Source: TPA_inf: Saccharomyces
Lineage: Eukaryota
NCBI GenBank assembly: GCA_000146045.2
Contig: BK006939.2
Location: 1 to 64,000, forward strand
DNA length: 64,000 nt
Direction of reading: 5' to 3'
Below the pieces are notes generated by a model. That model made no database searches. It was not told the DNA's origin and saw only the letters and a list, made by a program, of their open reading frames with translations. Position numbers and translations under genes: made by a program. Below, in pieces: positions 1 to 10,500 of this stretch (positions are counted from its first letter, which is position 1; each line of letters begins with the position of its first letter).

Positions 1-263
1 CGTCTCCTCCAAGCCCTGTTGTCTCTTACCCGGATGTTCAACCAAAAGCTACTTACTACCTTTATTTTATGTTTACTTTTTATAGATTGTCTTTTTATCC
101 TACTCTTTCCCACTTGTCTCTCGCTACTGCCGTGCAACAAACACTAAATCAAAACAGTGAAATACTACTACATCAAAACGCATATTCCCTAGAAAAAAAA
201 ATTTCTTACAATATACTATACTACACAATACATAATCACTGACTTTCGTAACAACAATTTCCT

Positions 264-3200
264 TCACTCTCCAACTTCTCTGCTCGAATCTCTACATAGT
301 AATATTATATCAAATCTACCGTCTGGAACATCATCGCTATCCAGCTCTTTGTGAACCGCTACCATCAGCATGTACAGTGGTACCTTCGTGTTATCTGCAG
401 CGAGAACTTCAACGTTTGCCAAATCAAGCCAATGTGGTAACAACCACACCTCCGAAATCTGCTCCAAAAGATACTCCAGTTTCTGCCGAAATGTTTTATT
501 GTAGAACAGCCCTATCAGCATCGAGAGGAATGCCGTCCAATGCGGCACTTTAGATGGGGTAACTCCCAGCGCAATCTGATCTCGCAAGTGCATTCCTAGG
601 CTTAATTCATATCTGCTCCTCAACTGTCGATGATGCCTGCTAAACTGCAGCTTGACGTACTGCGGACCCTGCAGTCCAGCGCTCGTCATGGAACGCAAAC
701 GCTGAAAAACTCCAACTTTCTCGAGCGCTTCCACAAAGACCGTATCGTCTTTTGCCTCCCATTCTTCCTGGCACTTTTTTTCGTCCCAGTTCAAAAAGTA
801 CTGCAGCACCTCTGTCTTCGATTCACGCAAGTTGCTCCATACTTTATAATACAACTCTTTGATCTGCCTTCCAGACATGCGGAAAACTTGGCTCCCTTGC
901 TTGCCTCTTGTCGAATCCAATACACTAATTGTTTCTCTTCTTCTAGTAATGGCCAGGTACCAAGCATAATTTCTCTGTATCTGAGAGTAGATCTCTCTCC
1001 TTTTTACGCTAAAATATTTCAAATATCCTACAGGGTCCCCATGATATGGCTCGATGTCTTCCAAGTATTCTTTGTATTCCTCGTCATTTCGCAGCATTCT
1101 CTCCACAGCTAGTGCTTCCCAAGCCATCCTCCTATACGATACTTTCTGGCCAGCCCAACAGACACAGAGCTCGAACATCTTTTGACAGCCCTTGCATAAT
1201 CCGTATTGTGTGAATACGCCCTCTGGGCAGAAGTATATGTCAATACCATAGAGGAAAAGATGTTTAATTTCGTCAGACCGAAATCCAAGAAACTGTAAGA
1301 CATTCATATTCTCGGAAGTATTGGGAAATTGTGCTTTCAGTTTCTTTCTCTCTAGCAAAACCATTTGACTCCCTTTCCGCTTATACGACTCTTTGTTAAT
1401 GTCGGTGACTGGATGGAATCTATTATCCTCAGCATTGCCATCTTTATTGGCGTCCTCCTTGGCACTAGCGTTGGTACTTTCAGTGGTAGTAGCATTAGTG
1501 CTGGAGTTGGTGCTAGCAGTGGTAGTAGCACTAGTGTTGGAGTTGGTACTTTCGGTGGTAGTAGCACTAGTGTTGGAGTTGGTGCTAGCAGTGGTAGTAG
1601 CACTAGTTTTGGAGTTGGTACTTTCGGTGGTAGTAGCACTAGTGTTGGAGTTGGTGCTAGCAGTGGTAGTAGCACTAGTTTTGGAGTTGGTACTTTCAGT
1701 GGTAGTAGCATTAGTGTTGGAGTTGGTACTTTCAGTGATAGTAGCATTAGTGCTGGAGTTGATACTTTTAGTGGTAGTAGCACTAGTCCTGACGTTGATG
1801 CTGGCAGTGGTAGTCGCATTAGTGCTGGAGTTGGTACTTTCAGTGGTAGTAGCACTAGTCCTGACGTTGATGCTGGCAGTGGTAGTAGCACTAGTCCTGA
1901 CGTTGGTGCTGGCAGTGGTAGTAGCATTAGTGCTGGAGTTGGTAGTCGCATTGGTACTGGCATTGGTAGTCGCATTAGTACTAGCATTGGTAGTCGCATT
2001 AGTCCTGACGTTGGTACTAGCAGTGGTAATCGCATTAGTACTGGCGTTAGTACTGGCATTAGCACTACCATGAATGCACGTGTTGCTGTCCTCATCACTG
2101 CTGCAATACTTTCTGTACCTGTCACTGCTATTGCTCTCCTGGAAGTTAGACGGTAACGCAACGATCGACATGGAAGCTGTCGCCTGTTTTTCAGCCAATC
2201 TGTCCATTCTTTCTATCAGTTCCACTGTGTCAGCAGACAGGTCTGTCCTGGAGCCACAGCATCCAACATGCTGGCCCTTTTTTCCTTTCTTTGATTCAAG
2301 TCCATAGAACTCGCGTACCTGTTCGGTTATACAGCCTTCCTTAATTGGTGGTAATTCACCCTTACGATTCCTTGCCGCCCAACTGTTTTTTCTAGATAAT
2401 AGATAACAGAGGCCCCCATCTCTTAGTCTCCCTACGCCTTGAATGAGCTCAATAATATTAAGTCTATTATCAAGCATGATCACCATCATCAATTGCTTAA
2501 TGTCAATTCCTTCAGTCACTAATTTCGTTCCGATGAGAACTCGCATGTTACCGTCCGTGACAAACTCCTTTGTGCGAGACACCTTTTCTGCAGCATCCAG
2601 CTTCCCGTGTATCCATACCACCCTAAAATACTTTCTCCAAGAGCAGGCCAATTCTTCCACTTCGTTGGTTGTGCTTGCAACTACAATGGCCTTCGACTCT
2701 GGTTCACTTTCAAAGAGGGCTAAAAGAAGCTTCAGTGCTTCTTCGGGCTGTGATTCCACTTTCTTCCGAATTTTATGAACATGCCCTAAAGGCACCTCGG
2801 ATTTCTCCTTGATTAGATTAAACATCCGTGTTGGATAGCTGGATAGACCTCTGCTGAGATCTTCCGACCGTTTGAGCTCGTTGATGTCCATCGATTTCTT
2901 GGCCAGTCCCGTAAGCCCAATACGCTGCAACGCAGCATCAGCTACAGCCTCAGGGGCTGTGCCGCTCAAAAAGATTGCTTTCTCAAAAGCGTCAAAATCA
3001 AGGTTAGTTATGCCCCCAAATTGCGACTGCCGGTAGACCTCCGTTTCAAAGTTGTGAAACTCATCTACAATGAGGTAACCCAATTTTACGTTGTTGGTCC
3101 TAAAGGTGCACTCAACAATATTCTCCCACGCAGCTATCCTGTCTGTGAAATTAGTGCTAGCAAGATCATCGTAGATCCCCACGTATAAATCAGTAACGCC

Positions 3201-4097
3201 ATCGTAACCTTCTTCAATAAAGTTTCTTACAGGGGCCACATTCAAGCAACCGCATCGGCCCAACCTGATCATGCAATTAGCAAGCAACACTGTGTACGGT
3301 ACAAACAGAAACGACACATATTTCACGTCGCCCTTAGACGCCAGTGCTATCAAGGGGAGATGAAATAACTCCGTCTTACCATAGCCCGGTGGGGCCTGTA
3401 CTGCCACAGAGGGTGTGTCTGCCATGTATATTTCATAACATAAGCGCAACTGATGCAAGTCCCTGAATTCAAAGGAGCTGCCAAAGAGTTTCTGGCCTGC
3501 AACGAGGATATCGTTTGTACTCTTGGGCTCTCGGGGCCTTTTTCGCGTTACTCTTGAGATTTTTTGGTGATGATCTGAACTCGCCGCCTCACCTGCCACT
3601 ACGTCTTCCGCATTCCGAGTACTAGAGAATGAACAATGGTAGTCGCTTTCAAGGCCTAACCATTGAATCCAGCGCTCGGAAGCTCGTTCCTGCAATAAAG
3701 TGGCGGTCGTCCCACTGACACTAGTTAACGAAAAGGAATCCACACCGTAAATATTTCGCCCTGTTTGAACGGAATGATTGGCCATGAGTTCACTCGTCGC
3801 CGACTCGTACAAATCTGTTTCAAATCTGCTACCTACGCAGTGCCGTCCTAGGGCAATCAACCCCTGACGCATCTCCCGAAAATTCAGCTTCTGAGGTGCA
3901 TTCTTCGGAAGTTCCCTCATGTACTGCCGAAAAGTTGCGTATTCAACCAGACAGCCCTTCGCGGTATTCAGAAACATGTAGGAATACAAAACTATCCTCG
4001 AAATGTCTCGATTTGTTACTTGATTTGGATCCTCAAATCCCACCACATCCATCCAAGGATCATGATTAAAAGCGTCATAACTGTTACCAAGCGTCAT
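264..4097 (-). CDS. YEL077C: Y' element-encoded DNA helicase-like protein (YRF1 family), 1277 aa from the first ATG.
   Basis: The 1283-aa ORF has a DEAD/DEAH-box helicase core and the Ser/Thr-rich [12 protein letters not shown] repeat block typical of Y' helicases. Its N-terminus, [10 protein letters not shown], matches YEL077C. The first ATG (CAT on the plus strand at 4095-4097) sits 6 codons inside the ORF-track start. Confidence 0.85.
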   Translation of the reverse strand: MTLGNSYDAFNHDPWMDVVGFEDPNQVTNRDISRIVLYSYMFLNTAKGCLVEYATFRQYMRELPKNAPQKLNFREMRQGLIALGRHCVGSRFETDLYESATSELMANHSVQTGRNIYGVDSFSLTSVSGTTATLLQERASERWIQWLGLESDYHCSFSSTRNAEDVVAGEAASSDHHQKISRVTRKRPREPKSTNDILVAGQKLFGSSFEFRDLHQLRLCYEIYMADTPSVAVQAPPGYGKTELFHLPLIALASKGDVKYVSFLFVPYTVLLANCMIRLGRCGCLNVAPVRNFIEEGYDGVTDLYVGIYDDLASTNFTDRIAAWENIVECTFRTNNVKLGYLIVDEFHNFETEVYRQSQFGGITNLDFDAFEKAIFLSGTAPEAVADAALQRIGLTGLAKKSMDINELKRSEDLSRGLSSYPTRMFNLIKEKSEVPLGHVHKIRKKVESQPEEALKLLLALFESEPESKAIVVASTTNEVEELACSWRKYFRVVWIHGKLDAAEKVSRTKEFVTDGNMRVLIGTKLVTEGIDIKQLMMVIMLDNRLNIIELIQGVGRLRDGGLCYLLSRKNSWAARNRKGELPPIKEGCITEQVREFYGLESKKGKKGQHVGCCGSRTDLSADTVELIERMDRLAEKQATASMSIVALPSNFQESNSSDRYRKYCSSDEDSNTCIHGSANASTNASTNAITTASTNVRTNATTNASTNATTNASTNATTNSSTNATTTASTNVRTSATTTASINVRTSATTTESTNSSTNATTTASINVRTSATTTKSINSSTNATITESTNSNTNATTTESTNSKTSATTTASTNSNTSATTTESTNSKTSATTTASTNSNTSATTTESTNSNTSATTTASTNSSTNATTTESTNASAKEDANKDGNAEDNRFHPVTDINKESYKRKGSQMVLLERKKLKAQFPNTSENMNVLQFLGFRSDEIKHLFLYGIDIYFCPEGVFTQYGLCKGCQKMFELCVCWAGQKVSYRRMAWEALAVERMLRNDEEYKEYLEDIEPYHGDPVGYLKYFSVKRREIYSQIQRNYAWYLAITRRRETISVLDSTRGKQGSQVFRMSGRQIKELYYKVWSNLRESKTEVLQYFLNWDEKKCQEEWEAKDDTVFVEALEKVGVFQRLRSMTSAGLQGPQYVKLQFSRHHRQLRSRYELSLGMHLRDQIALGVTPSKVPHWTAFLSMLIGLFYNKTFRQKLEYLLEQISEVWLLPHWLDLANVEVLAADNTKVPLYMLMVAVHKELDSDDVPDGRFDIILLCRDSSREVGE
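630..1112 (+). CDS. YEL077W-A: Dubious ORF (160 aa) antisense to the Y' helicase.
   Basis: The ORF lies wholly inside YEL077C on the opposite strand and shows no recognisable domain. It is listed only because it is a long open frame. Confidence 0.15.
   Translation: MMPAKLQLDVLRTLQSSARHGTQTLKNSNFLERFHKDRIVFCLPFFLALFFVPVQKVLQHLCLRFTQVAPYFIIQLFDLPSRHAENLAPLLASCRIQYTNCFSSSSNGQVPSIISLYLRVDLSPFYAKIFQISYRVPMIWLDVFQVFFVFLVISQHSLHS
1440..2060. repeat. Array of about 17 tandem 36-bp repeats inside the helicase CDS, encoding 12-aa Ser/Thr/Asn-rich units.
   Basis: Near-identical units such as agtggtagtagcactagtgttggagttggtgctagc are visible by eye. The array creates spurious long ORFs on both strands and in other frames. 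Confidence 0.85.
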
Positions 4098-4184
4098 AAC
4101 TGTTACCAAGCGCACATATTTGCATTTGCCTTAGCACAGTGACAAAATAAAACACGTAATCTGAAGTGAGTCCGTCAAGCGTCT

Positions 4185-5114
4185 TTAGTCGAGGCTCCGA
4201 TGAACCGTTCTTGTTGTAATCAGTGTACAGTTGGATGCGTCTTGTTGTATCATCGACGTATACGTTGCGCTGAGGACCGGCAAAAGCGAGTAGCTGAAGC
4301 TCTGGATAACGGTAAGGGTATCCTACGGCAAAATGGATCATCCACATAAGTGGCACCGTAAGCTCGTCAATTGCAACAGCGACTTTATTTTTAAGAGCCG
4401 CGGTCATTTTGTTAGTATCTCTTCTCAACTTGGGCAGCACAATTTCACGATATTTAACAGGTATCATTTGAAGAAAAGAATCGTTTTCCAGATACTCGTC
4501 AATTCCTCGCTTCGGTTCTCTGAACAAAACTTCTCGATTACGCAAAATGAGGCTGGCATATGGAAGCAGTTGTTCAACTCTCCCCAAAGTTTTCCACATA
4601 CTGATATACCATCAGAAGAAGGTACCAAAGTTATTCTATAAGAGTCCTTCAGCGTGGTTTCCTGCGCTACTTCGTGGTACAGAATTTTGATCCATTTCCA
4701 CATTGCAACGCCGTTGTTGTCATCAAATATATCTAAATCCCTTGCGGTACAAGCACAAGACGACACCAATAAAGCTTTCACGGCATCTAGTGTTTTTCTG
4801 AGTCTTCGTGGAGTGTTAGGACTGCGCAACTTACATACTTTCAGGCCATGCTCGTCCACAGAGGGAATAATGGGTTCTTCATTCGTAATAGATCGATCCT
4901 CTTCGTCACCAGCGCCACCACGGGGACCCGCCCCGAAATTGAGTGCACATGCTCGCAAGATAATATGCAAAATATCACCCAATCGGTCCTTTTTGTTCAT
5001 CATATCGTTACATATCTGTGAAAAGTACTTTATCTCAATGGGTTTACGTGGGCATAGATCACGCTTCAGCCGCTCTGTGTCGACTTTCTTTTCGCCAGGT
5101 AAACTTGCTTGCAT
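4185..5114 (-). CDS. YEL076C-A: Y' element ORF interrupted by a spliceosomal intron. I read exon 1 as 5114..4602 and the intron as 4601..4323. Exon 2 is placed at 4322..4185 from recollection of the YEL076C-A annotation; I did not check its frame or stop in the sequence.
   Basis: The 216-aa ORF 4464..5114 corresponds to the YEL076C reading. A canonical GTATGT donor is read on the minus strand at 4601-4596. TACTAAC is read as plus-strand gttagta at 4411-4417. A TAG acceptor ends at 4323. This is the typical two-ORF organisation of Y' elements. Confidence 0.45.
4323..4601 (-). other. Spliceosomal intron of the Y' ORF (GTATGT...TACTAAC...TAG).
   Basis: On the minus strand the intron starts GTATGT (plus-strand acatac at 4596-4601). 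The branch point TACTAAC is plus-strand gttagta at 4411-4417, about 90 nt upstream of the TAG acceptor whose reverse complement is cta at 4323-4325. Confidence 0.6.
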
Positions 5115-5344
5115 AGCTCATCTACGTGTAGGCTGCCAAATTGTACCCATATTTCCTTATGGTGCTTTTCTGAAGACTCCTTACAATAGGTGCGCCGGAA
5201 ACAAAGTCAGTGAAAGTACGCATCGTAGAGCTGTCGTTCGGCCTAGCACTCGCTATTTCGTGACAACGTTCCAGGACACGGAAACTCAACTCATTATAGT
5301 ATCCTCTGTTGAGGTAAAAAAGAGAAAGGGTATCGTAATCCTTT

Positions 5345-5713
5345 CTATTGAATTTCAAAGTATGCACTTGAAACAACGTGTAGACCATCACGTGGTTTGT
5401 TTGAAGGGATTGGTCCGCCCTGGAAATCTGGTTCGTCTTCAACAAACGTCAGGAACTTTTTTACATTTTTCCCGACCATGACGGAAATGACAACTTTTTC
5501 AAAAGACCTTTTCCTATCCATTGCACCAGTTCTGAATTTTACCACTTTGATTAGGCCAGACTTTTCGTCTTCGTAGAATGACCGCACTTCCGTGGGGATC
5601 GATTCAAATAAAGTTATTGAGGGACAATGTACCAAGTCGTTTTTGTTATTTAGAGCCGACTCAAACTCGTCAAAGTTTGCTTTTTCAAACTTACGCCTAT
5701 CGGAAACTTTCAT
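5345..5713 (-). CDS. YEL075C: Small Y'-encoded ORF of unknown function (122 aa).
   Basis: An open frame inside the proximal part of the Y' element with no recognisable domain. Confidence 0.3.
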   Translation of the reverse strand: MKVSDRRKFEKANFDEFESALNNKNDLVHCPSITLFESIPTEVRSFYEDEKSGLIKVVKFRTGAMDRKRSFEKVVISVMVGKNVKKFLTFVEDEPDFQGGPIPSNKPRDGLHVVSSAYFEIQ

Positions 5714-6337
5714 TTTATTTTTGTAAGTTTCGAAATTAACAATAGTATGTTGATTGTTATGCTTTTTGACAAGAAATCCATCAATATAAACAAAAGATTG
5801 TCCAGTTTCCGTCTTATCATCATCTAAGAATGTAATAATTAAGCTATTGAGAAGATGCAGAATCTGCGCTATGCAGGTGCAGCAAAAGCAAACAAAATCT
5901 CACTAAGATAAGCGACTGTCTGTCCCCTTCAAGCACAACATAGAAAACAGAAGGATGTCTCATTCATCGCTTGATTTCCGGCCTGCAAAAATAAAGTAGT
6001 CGGTACGTACGTTCGTTTTCAATTTCCATGGTGCACAGTATCTTAACTATCTGCTTAGTCGAGGAGAACCAGGATTCTGTTCGTTGCTCAGCCGCTTCGT
6101 GGATATTCTGTTGGATACTTTAAACATGGACCTACGTTCCGCTCTCGAAAAGACCAATATAATAAAAAGTTATAAATTACATTTCCTTATTAGGTATACG
6201 ACCTCGCGCTTCGAAGTAAAGGAGCCCTTTTTGGCGTACCTACATATGGCGCGTCAGAAAGACAAACTTCTCCCAAAATGTATTACCCCGCCGAATAAGA
6301 AAGCAGACCCATTCACCAACGACGTATCAAGTTACTT

Positions 6338-6363
6338 CACCCACACCCACACCCACACACCAT
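6338..6363. repeat. Internal telomeric repeat tract (C1-3A/TG1-3) at the Y'/X junction.
   Basis: The sequence is cacccacacccacacccacacacc. Short internal tracts like this separate Y' from X elements. Confidence 0.7.
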
Positions 6364-6699
6364 GCTCACCTTCACTTGTATACACTTATGTCAATACTAC
6401 AGAAAAATCACCATCAAAATCACCTAAACATAAAAATATTCTACCTTTCAACTTCACGAAATAAACACTTTGACTTGAAGTATGAATACTACCATGGCGT
6501 CATTAACTTAAAAGTTCCTTAATATCGTCATACCTCTATACTCTATTCAATATATTGTAATATAAATGCACTCTATAGTCATACAAATACTTTTACTTCA
6601 CCCTATCTTCGCATACCATTGTCATAGAATCTCACACTGACGCATGATTAAAACGAATAATTTTACTATAAGGCCTCCCATCCGTGCTCTATCCTTTTG

Positions 6700-7195
6700 T
6701 TTGCAATATTTATATACAGAATCTCAAAACAAGCGGGAGAAGTGGTAATTACCCAGAGGTCATGCATGATCTTAGCACCACCGTACCTCTATGAAGCTGC
6801 ACAAATGTTATATATCATACCAGGAATACACATAAGTGCAAATGCTATTCTACAATATCCTCATCTTACCAGCTCACTCACAAAATATTCTTACTCCGAG
6901 TACGACCATAAAGCAATGCCGACGAATAGTCATACTAAGGTACTATAAAATCTTTCCGTGCGCTTAAGCGGACACCATGCCATAATGTTAAATGTAATAA
7001 TTTAAAAGCATCATAAGAGTAATTTTCCAGTATTGCTTCAGTAATGCAAGGCCTAAAGAAGAACGCATTTTGGTATGGTAAACCTCCAACCTACTAGTAA
7101 TTAAAAAGCTTTAGTTTAACCTGCAGTTCGGGACACACTTCGGGCATAACGTACGTTTATTATAAATTTTTTATATCTCTTGCGTACCCATGTAT
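6700..7195. repeat. Subtelomeric X element core, approximate span, with its ARS consensus / Abf1-site region at the centromere-proximal end (about 7050-7195).
   Basis: The position follows the internal TG tract. The stretch ggtatggtaaacctccaacctactagtaattaaaaagctttagtttaacctgcagttcgggacacacttcgggcataacgtacgtttattataaattttttatatct resembles the conserved core-X end that contains the ACS and Abf1 site. The boundaries are from memory and are not aligned. Confidence 0.45.
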
Positions 7196-7229
7196 ATTCC
7201 AGAACAGTCAATGCACTTTTGTGAGCCAT

Positions 7230-7553
7230 TTATGCTACTTTCATATTCCCCATTAAAACAGGTACTACTGTTGAAAAGGCATAATAACCTGAAGTTTCGT
7301 ATGGGTTAGTTACACTAGGTGAAGGATCGTTTGCCTCCATATGGTCAAGCCATTCGCGGACATTGATAATAGCTGGGACAATTCTGGTTTCATAAAGGGT
7401 TTCATTCATCCAGATTACGGATACATTCAAATAGTAGTCGCCAAATCCTGATGCCTCATCAAAATGAAAATATGTCTCTAACGGAACTGTATTAGACCAT
7501 GCGCTCAGCGTAGCTGCAGTCGCGTTGGTTAAAACGTTAGCTAAGTTTACCAT
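7230..7553 (-). CDS. YEL073C: Small uncharacterised ORF (107 aa) at the X-element border.
   Basis: An open frame immediately proximal to core X with no recognisable domain. Confidence 0.3.
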   Translation of the reverse strand: MVNLANVLTNATAATLSAWSNTVPLETYFHFDEASGFGDYYLNVSVIWMNETLYETRIVPAIINVREWLDHMEANDPSPSVTNPYETSGYYAFSTVVPVLMGNMKVA

Positions 7554-10500
7554 CGTGTTAGTAGATGATCTGTTATTTCGTTAATAGATAACTTTACAGA
7601 AGCACCATCTCGCTACCATTTATACGCTTTGGAATAAAAATCAGCCCTTGTAAATTTCACATGCTCGACCGTTTAGGAGATTATGCATTTTAAGTCGTTC
7701 ATTAATATTACTGTAGCGAGGAAGATGATTATTGATTTCGAGGGGTATAATCATATGCGGCGTGAAAAATAATGACTTGGGTTGGAAGCCGTTAGGATAG
7801 TATTTATACTGTCACGAAATTTACAGGAAGTTGTAAATATGTTGCATAAAATTTTTGATAGCAAAGCCACCGACTCTTCATTATGGAGTTTTTTTTCTCT
7901 TATTCTCCTGTTGCCTTCGTACTGTAAACCCCAGTCATGTAAAATGCCATATGGAGGCTAGAAGAATGAAAAATCAATTTATATTTTATAATACAGTGTC
8001 AATATTGATCGAAGGATGCATAATATATACACTGGATTGACCATTCGAATTATATATCTATCTATTCTATACATCCGTGTAACTTAGTAAGAACCAGACA
8101 CCAAAATTATTTTTTTATAGAAGATCCTTCTTGTCTTTCATGTACCTCTTTCAGATACCACTGAGTAATATGACTTTAAAAGCTCTACTGATATCATTTA
8201 TGTATTAACATGTCTGAACAATAAGTATCTTTTTAACTGTATAAGAAAGCATGAGAATTGTTTCAAAAACCTCTCATTTATATATGGAAGGAAATTAGAG
8301 AAATATTGTTCGTAGTGTATTCCTTAAATTTACGGCAGGAAGAGTTAAAAAGAAAATAATTCAAGATTCTCTACTTAAATTAATGCATCCTTTCCATTAA
8401 TAGTTTATAACTGGCGCGATGCAATACACTGGAAAAAATTAATAATAGTTATAAGTACGAGAAATATCTACTCCTAAACCAAATAATGTGACATAAAGTA
8501 TACAGCAAATATCTCTTCAAGTTTAATTTTGATATGGCTAAAAAATGCTTATTCGGGATGGAAGTGAAGCAACTAGCCTACCAAACGCAACCATTTTAAA
8601 AAAGCCACCAGCATCCATTGCATAACAAGTCACAGTCTGCTATAAACGTTTCAGGGCAATGCTCACAGTGAGCACAAGCACTAACAATTTTTAAATAATG
8701 TCTAACTCACCATAGGCCACACTATAATGGCCTGATTTCCCTCAATATATGTGGCTGTTGAATTTGCAGATCATCACCCTGTGCGTTTTACAAGATATTC
8801 CTTAATAGAACAATCTAAATTATTCTATTTGAAAAAAATGAACAATAATTAACACGAGAATTTAAACCATACTCGGCCGGATTAGCGATCATTTCGTTAG
8901 TAATTAAAATTAACATTTCCATGTGGGACTCTAACTGCTGCATCGCCAAGTTGATAAGCCATGAAATCACCAATATCAAAGATAGCAATCCAACTGGAAA
9001 AATTATTCTCGGCATATGGGTGATGATAAAAAGCGTAGCTTAACAAACACCAGTGCTGGTTATTATCTGTAAAATTTGATTAGATTTCAAGGGAAAATCT
9101 GTTTGAAATTGCGTTTCCTTGTTGGCCTGCCATACTTTAATTGAATAAAAGCTCCGTATATGCTTCTTAAAAATAAGCAATAGATCCAGCTGACTCATTT
9201 CCTGTATTTCTAAGGGGAAATGCGTAGGGAAGACCAATTTCATGACGATAGATTGAAACGGCAATCAACATCTGAAGAAAAGAAAGTAGTATGACAGCTT
9301 GATGTCTTATCTCATTTACTACTTTAATGACTTCGTACAACTTCACTGAGCTAATTTACGCCATTTTTACGCAGATTATGATATTCATTTCTTGAGATAT
9401 GAGGTCGACTGGCAATGCCTACTCTTATAAAGAGAAAGTTTTTGAAAACACAGTACGTTTACAAAACGATATCAATGAAGGTTGTAGCTACATGCTCTTC
9501 ACCAGACTAATATATCCTCTTAGTAAAGCGCTATATAATAGTAACTCAATATTTTGTAAATACAATAAGGTTAACGGCGTTATTCATTTTCGTCTGATAT
9601 TCATTTGCAATTTGCAGTTCAACTTTTCAATGATGATTTAGAATGATCTAACACTGGAAGTTGAAGTTTTTCAAAAATTTGCTGTAAAATTTGACCGATT
9701 TGTGAGATTCTTCCTGGCTGTCAGAATATGGGGCCGTAGTATATTGTCAGACCTGTTCCTTTAAGAGGTGATGGTGATAGGCGTTGAGTATGTGTAGTGT
9801 TTGACCCGAGGGTATGGTTTTCACAAGTACTGCGCACTGTATTGTGAAAGCAGCTTCGGGGTGCGTGATTAAAAAATGCGACCAAGAATAAACAGGTACA
9901 TCATAACAAGGGCCATTTGAATTGCATTTATCAGGATTTGTAACCTTGTTCTAAAGAGGCATCGTATAGTTTAAGTTCATTTTCCACCCAATTTGATGAC
10001 GGTGTGGACCTTAACCTATTGTCTTGAAATTTAGGTTATCTCTTAGATATCACATGTGATTACCCCAGTGAACGCGTATAAGCTTACAGAAAGGAAAACC
10101 GGTTGGCTCAGTCAAAACTGTTGCAGATTTGGGCTCCCCTGAATATTTGAGACATCCCTAAAATGAAGAGATATATACAGCTAATTTTGAATGAAAATTT
10201 AAAATTCGCAATGAACAGTACTAGAGATGAGCTTTTGAAGTCCTTTCAAATTATTTGTTCTTCCAGTTGATATTTTTTATTTTATATACCAGTACCAAAT
10301 ATAATCTTGCCATACATTTACCTTTTTGAGGTTGTTCAACGGAAATCCAGTGTATTTACACATTCTTGGAAACCCATCGCTTATAATACGAACTAATTTA
10401 TTTATGAACAAAGGCTTTGGAAAAGTATCCCTACTTTTTACGACGCTAAATCATGATACGAAACTTTAGGAAGATTAACAGTCACTCCATAAAATCAGAA

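Larger units (their letters stand above)
1..6337. repeat. Subtelomeric Y' element (long class). It is distally truncated by the window edge and carries no terminal TG1-3 tract. Its centromere-proximal end is marked by a short internal C1-3A tract.
   Basis: Carries the canonical Y' helicase-like ORF with the Ser/Thr-rich 36-bp repeat array and a second, intron-containing Y' ORF upstream of it. The element is followed at 6338-6363 by cacccacacccacacccacacacc. Confidence 0.8.

Noticed and set aside
1-60. Expected terminal TG1-3 telomere repeats at the window start.
   Set aside because: They are not present. The sequence begins inside unique Y' sequence (cgtctcctccaagccctgttg...), so the window starts within the Y' element and not at a physical chromosome end. 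A Reb1-like TTACCCGG at 26-33 is noted only.
1352-2161. Three long overlapping ORFs (1352..2161 on the minus strand; 1365..2156 and 1393..2073 on the plus strand) encoding Leu/Val/Pro-rich or Ser/Gly-rich proteins.
   Set aside because: All are alternative-frame or antisense readings of the 36-bp tandem repeat array inside the Y' helicase CDS, so they are repeat artefacts.
6126-6464. ORF at 6084..6464 (plus strand, 126 aa; corresponds to dubious YEL074W).
   Set aside because: It spans the Y'/X junction and includes the internal C1-3A telomeric tract (translated as HTHTHT). It has no domain and is almost certainly non-coding.
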